64,000 nucleotides of DNA, taken from assembly GCA_038087875.1 (NCBI GenBank), contig CM075994.1:7938001-8002000 (forward strand), given 5' to 3'. The notes beneath the pieces are model-generated. The model saw nothing but the letters and a program-made list of their open reading frames with translations, did not search any database and was not told the origin of the DNA. Source of the DNA: Malacoraja senta. Its lineage: Eukaryota. Positions 61,130-64,000 of this stretch are shown here, piece after piece (the first letter of the stretch is position 1; every line of letters starts with the position of its first letter). The position numbers were made by a program, and so were the translations under genes.

Positions 61130-61815
61130 ACTCCTCTACATCGGCGAGACCAAGCGCAGGCTCGGCGATCGTTCCGCTGAACACCTCCGCTCAGTCCGTC
61201 TAAACCTACCTGATCTCCCGGTTGCCAAACACTTCAACTCCCCCTCCCATTCCCACACTGACCTTTCTGTCCTGGGCCTCCTCCACTGTCAGAGTGGGAC
61301 CCAGCACTAATAGGAGGAACAGCACCTCATATTTCGCTTGGGCAGCTCACACCCCAGCGGTATGAACATTGACCTCTCTAACTTCAAGTAACCCTTGCTT
61401 TCCCTCTCTCTCCATCCCCTCCCCCCTTCCCAGTTCTCCCACCAGTCTGACTGCCCACGTTCTCCACCCGAAACGTCACCCATTCCTTCGCTTCACAGAT
61501 GCTGCCTCAGCCGCTGAGTTTCTCCAGCATTTTTGTCTACATTTTATCTCAGTTTGCTTTGTTGTCACCTTCTGCCAGCTGACAATCGTCTATTCTACAT
61601 TCTCCCGGATCCCCATCCCCTTTGTCCTGTTTTCACACCTTACACTTGCTTATCTATGTATCTCCCTCTCCCCTGACTCTCAGTCTGAAGAAGGGTCTCG
61701 ACCTGAAACGTCACCCATTCCTTCTCTCCAGAGATGCTGCCTGTCCCACTGAGTTACTCCAGCATTTTGTACCTATCTTCGATTTAAACCGGCATCTGCA
61801 GTTCCTTCCTACACA
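61130..61815 (+). mobile_element. Penelope-like 3' fragment
   Basis: YIGETKRRLGDRSAEHLRSV and 3' tail with hammerhead-like motif. Confidence 0.8.
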
Positions 61816-62296
61816 TGTTATCTGAATGATAACATACTTGGCTAATAAAGTATGATTATGATTATGAAAGGGAGGGTTACAGAGAACCTGGGTGTCTCTG
61901 TAGCCAGCACGGTGGCTACAGCGGTAGAGTTGCTGCCTCACAGCGCCGGAGACCCCGGTTCGATCCTGACCACGGGTGCTGTCTGTACGGAGTTTGTACC
62001 TTCTCCCCGTGACCCGCGTGGGTTTCCCCCGGGTGACTCTACTTTAAACTTCAGAGATACAGTGCAGAAAATGGCGCTACAGCCACCGTGCCATCCTCTG
62101 GTGCTCCGGTTTCCACCCACATCCCAAAGACCTGCGGGTTTATAGGTTAATTGGCTTCAGTAAATTGTCCCTAGTGTGTGTAGGATAGAACTAGTGCACA
62201 GGGATCGCTGATCGGTTTTATAATGGTCCTGGCAAGATGTCAAGCATCAGGCTCTAGAAACAGCAGATGCCAAACACACAATCTGCAAACGCTAGC

Positions 62297-63435
62297 ATTG
62301 ATTTCAAGAGGGCTTGTATACAAAAACAGGGATGTAACGCTGGGGCTCTATAAGGCGTTGGTCAGGCCCCATTTGGAATATTGTGAGCAGTTTTGGGCCC
62401 CGTATCTGAGGAAGGATGTGCTGGCTCTGGAGAGGGTCCAGAGGAGAATGATCCCAGGAATGAGTGGGTTAACATAGAAACATAGAAACATAGACATTAG
62501 GTGCAGGAGTAGGCCATTTGGCCCTTCGAGCCTGCACCGCCATTTGATATGATCATGGCTGATCATCCAACTCAGTATCCCATCCCTGTCTTCTCTCCAT
62601 ACCCCCTGATCCCTTTAGCCACAAGGGCCACATCTAACTCCCTCTTAAATATAGCCAATGAACTGGCCTCAACTACCCTCTGTGGCAGAGAGTTCCAGAG
62701 ATTCACCACTCTCTGTGTGAAAGAAGTTCTTCTCATCTCGGTTTTAAAGGATTTCCCCCTTATCCTTAAGCTGTGACCCCTTGTCCTGGACTTCCCCAAC
62801 ATCGGGAACAATCTTCCTGCATCTAGCCTGTCCAACCCCTTAAGAATTTTGTAAGTTTCTATAAGATCCCCTCTCAATCTCCTAAATTCTAGCGAGTATA
62901 AACCAAGTCTATCCCGTCTTTCTTCATAAGACAGTCCTGACATCCCAGGAATCAGTCTGGTGAACCTTCTCTGCACTCCCTCTATGGCAATAATGTCCTT
63001 CCTCATGATGGGCGTTTGTCGGCACTGGGCCTGTACTCGCTGGAGTTTAGAAGGACGAGGGGGGGACCTCATTGAAACGTACAGAATAGTGAAAGGCCTG
63101 GATAGAGTGGATGTGGAGAGGATGTTTCCACTAGTGGGAGAGTCTAGGACCAGAGGGCACAGCCTCAGAATTAAAGGACGTTCCTTTAGGAAGGAGATGG
63201 GGAGGAATTTCTTCAGTCAGAGGGTGGTGAATCTGTGGAATTCTTTGCCACAGAAGGCTGTGGAGGCCAAGTCAGTGGATATTTTTAAGGCAGAGATAGA
63301 TAGATTCTTGATTAGTACGGGTGTCAGGGGTTATGGGGAGAAGGCAGGAGAATGGGGTTGAGAGGGAAAGATAGATCAGCCATGATTGAATGGCGGAGTA
63401 GACTTGATGGGCCGAATGGCCTAATCCTGCTCCGA
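62297..63435. mobile_element. Three CR1 3' fragments
   Basis: RPHLEYCEQFWAP (+), 62473-63005 (-), 63020-63435 (+). Confidence 0.85.
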
Positions 63436-64000
63436 GAACTAATGAAGTAAGTGAACTAAATGTTTTTTCCTTTATCCTGTATCTGTTCACTTTGGACAGC
63501 TTGATTTGTGTATGTATATTATGTATTGTCTAGTTTAGAGATACAGCGCAGAAACAGGCCCTTCGGCCCCACCGAGTACACGCTGACCAGCGATCGATCC
63601 CCGCACACTAACTCTATCCTACACTAGGGACAATTTTGACATTTATACCCAAAGCCAATCAACCTACAAACCTGCACGTCTTTGGAGTGTGGGAGGAAAC
63701 TGAACTTCTCAGAGAAAACCCACGCAGGTCACGGGGAGAACGTGCAAACTCCGTACAGACAGCACCCGTAGTTGGGATTGAACCCGGGTCTCCAGCGCTG
63801 TGAGGCAGCAACTCTACCGCTGCGTCACCGTGCCATGTATAGTAATTCCATGTCATATACGGAAATATAGTCATATATAGTCTTCCCGCCGACTGGTTAG
63901 AACGCAACAAAAAAAGCTTTTAACTGTTCCTTGGTACACGTGACAATATACTAAACTAAATTAATATAGATTTCCCTAACTTCAAGTAACCCCGGCATTT

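Overview
Repeat-saturated vertebrate genomic DNA, most likely from a cartilaginous fish (probably a skate or ray). The evidence is dense HE1/V-SINE-like SINEs, CR1 (HER1-like) LINEs, Neptune-type Penelope elements and Rex1/Babar LINEs. Almost all ORFs in the supplied track are TE fragments or low-complexity artefacts. Hidden among the repeats is a minus-strand spliced gene that I reconstructed by hand: 8 phase-compatible coding exons from 24667 down to 468, about 373 aa, probably continuing off the left edge. It carries two copies of a short helical motif, (I/L)G.Q..RW..(V/L)K..L.L.(S/T)DE.(L/M)A..LLDVF, each split by an identically placed phase-2 intron. Its CpG-rich promoter holds a tandem array of YY1-type sites. 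About 0.5 kb upstream, head-to-head, lies a very young 6.5-kb non-autonomous gamma/epsilon-like endogenous retrovirus (LTRs differing at 2 positions, tRNA-Pro PBS, 4-bp TSD). Its interior is a mosaic of decayed gag/IN, an AT-drifted CR1 piece, and a fresher IN C-terminus plus an anchor-less env. Also present are a near full-length CR1, a probable solo LTR split by a Penelope, Harbinger-like and hAT-like MITEs, and many Penelope 3' ends with minimal hammerhead-ribozyme motifs. CR1-tail-derived minisatellites, long purine/pyrimidine tracts, a 200-N gap and a probable first coding exon of a second minus-strand gene (58447-58563) complete the window. All calls are from manual reading; no searches were run.
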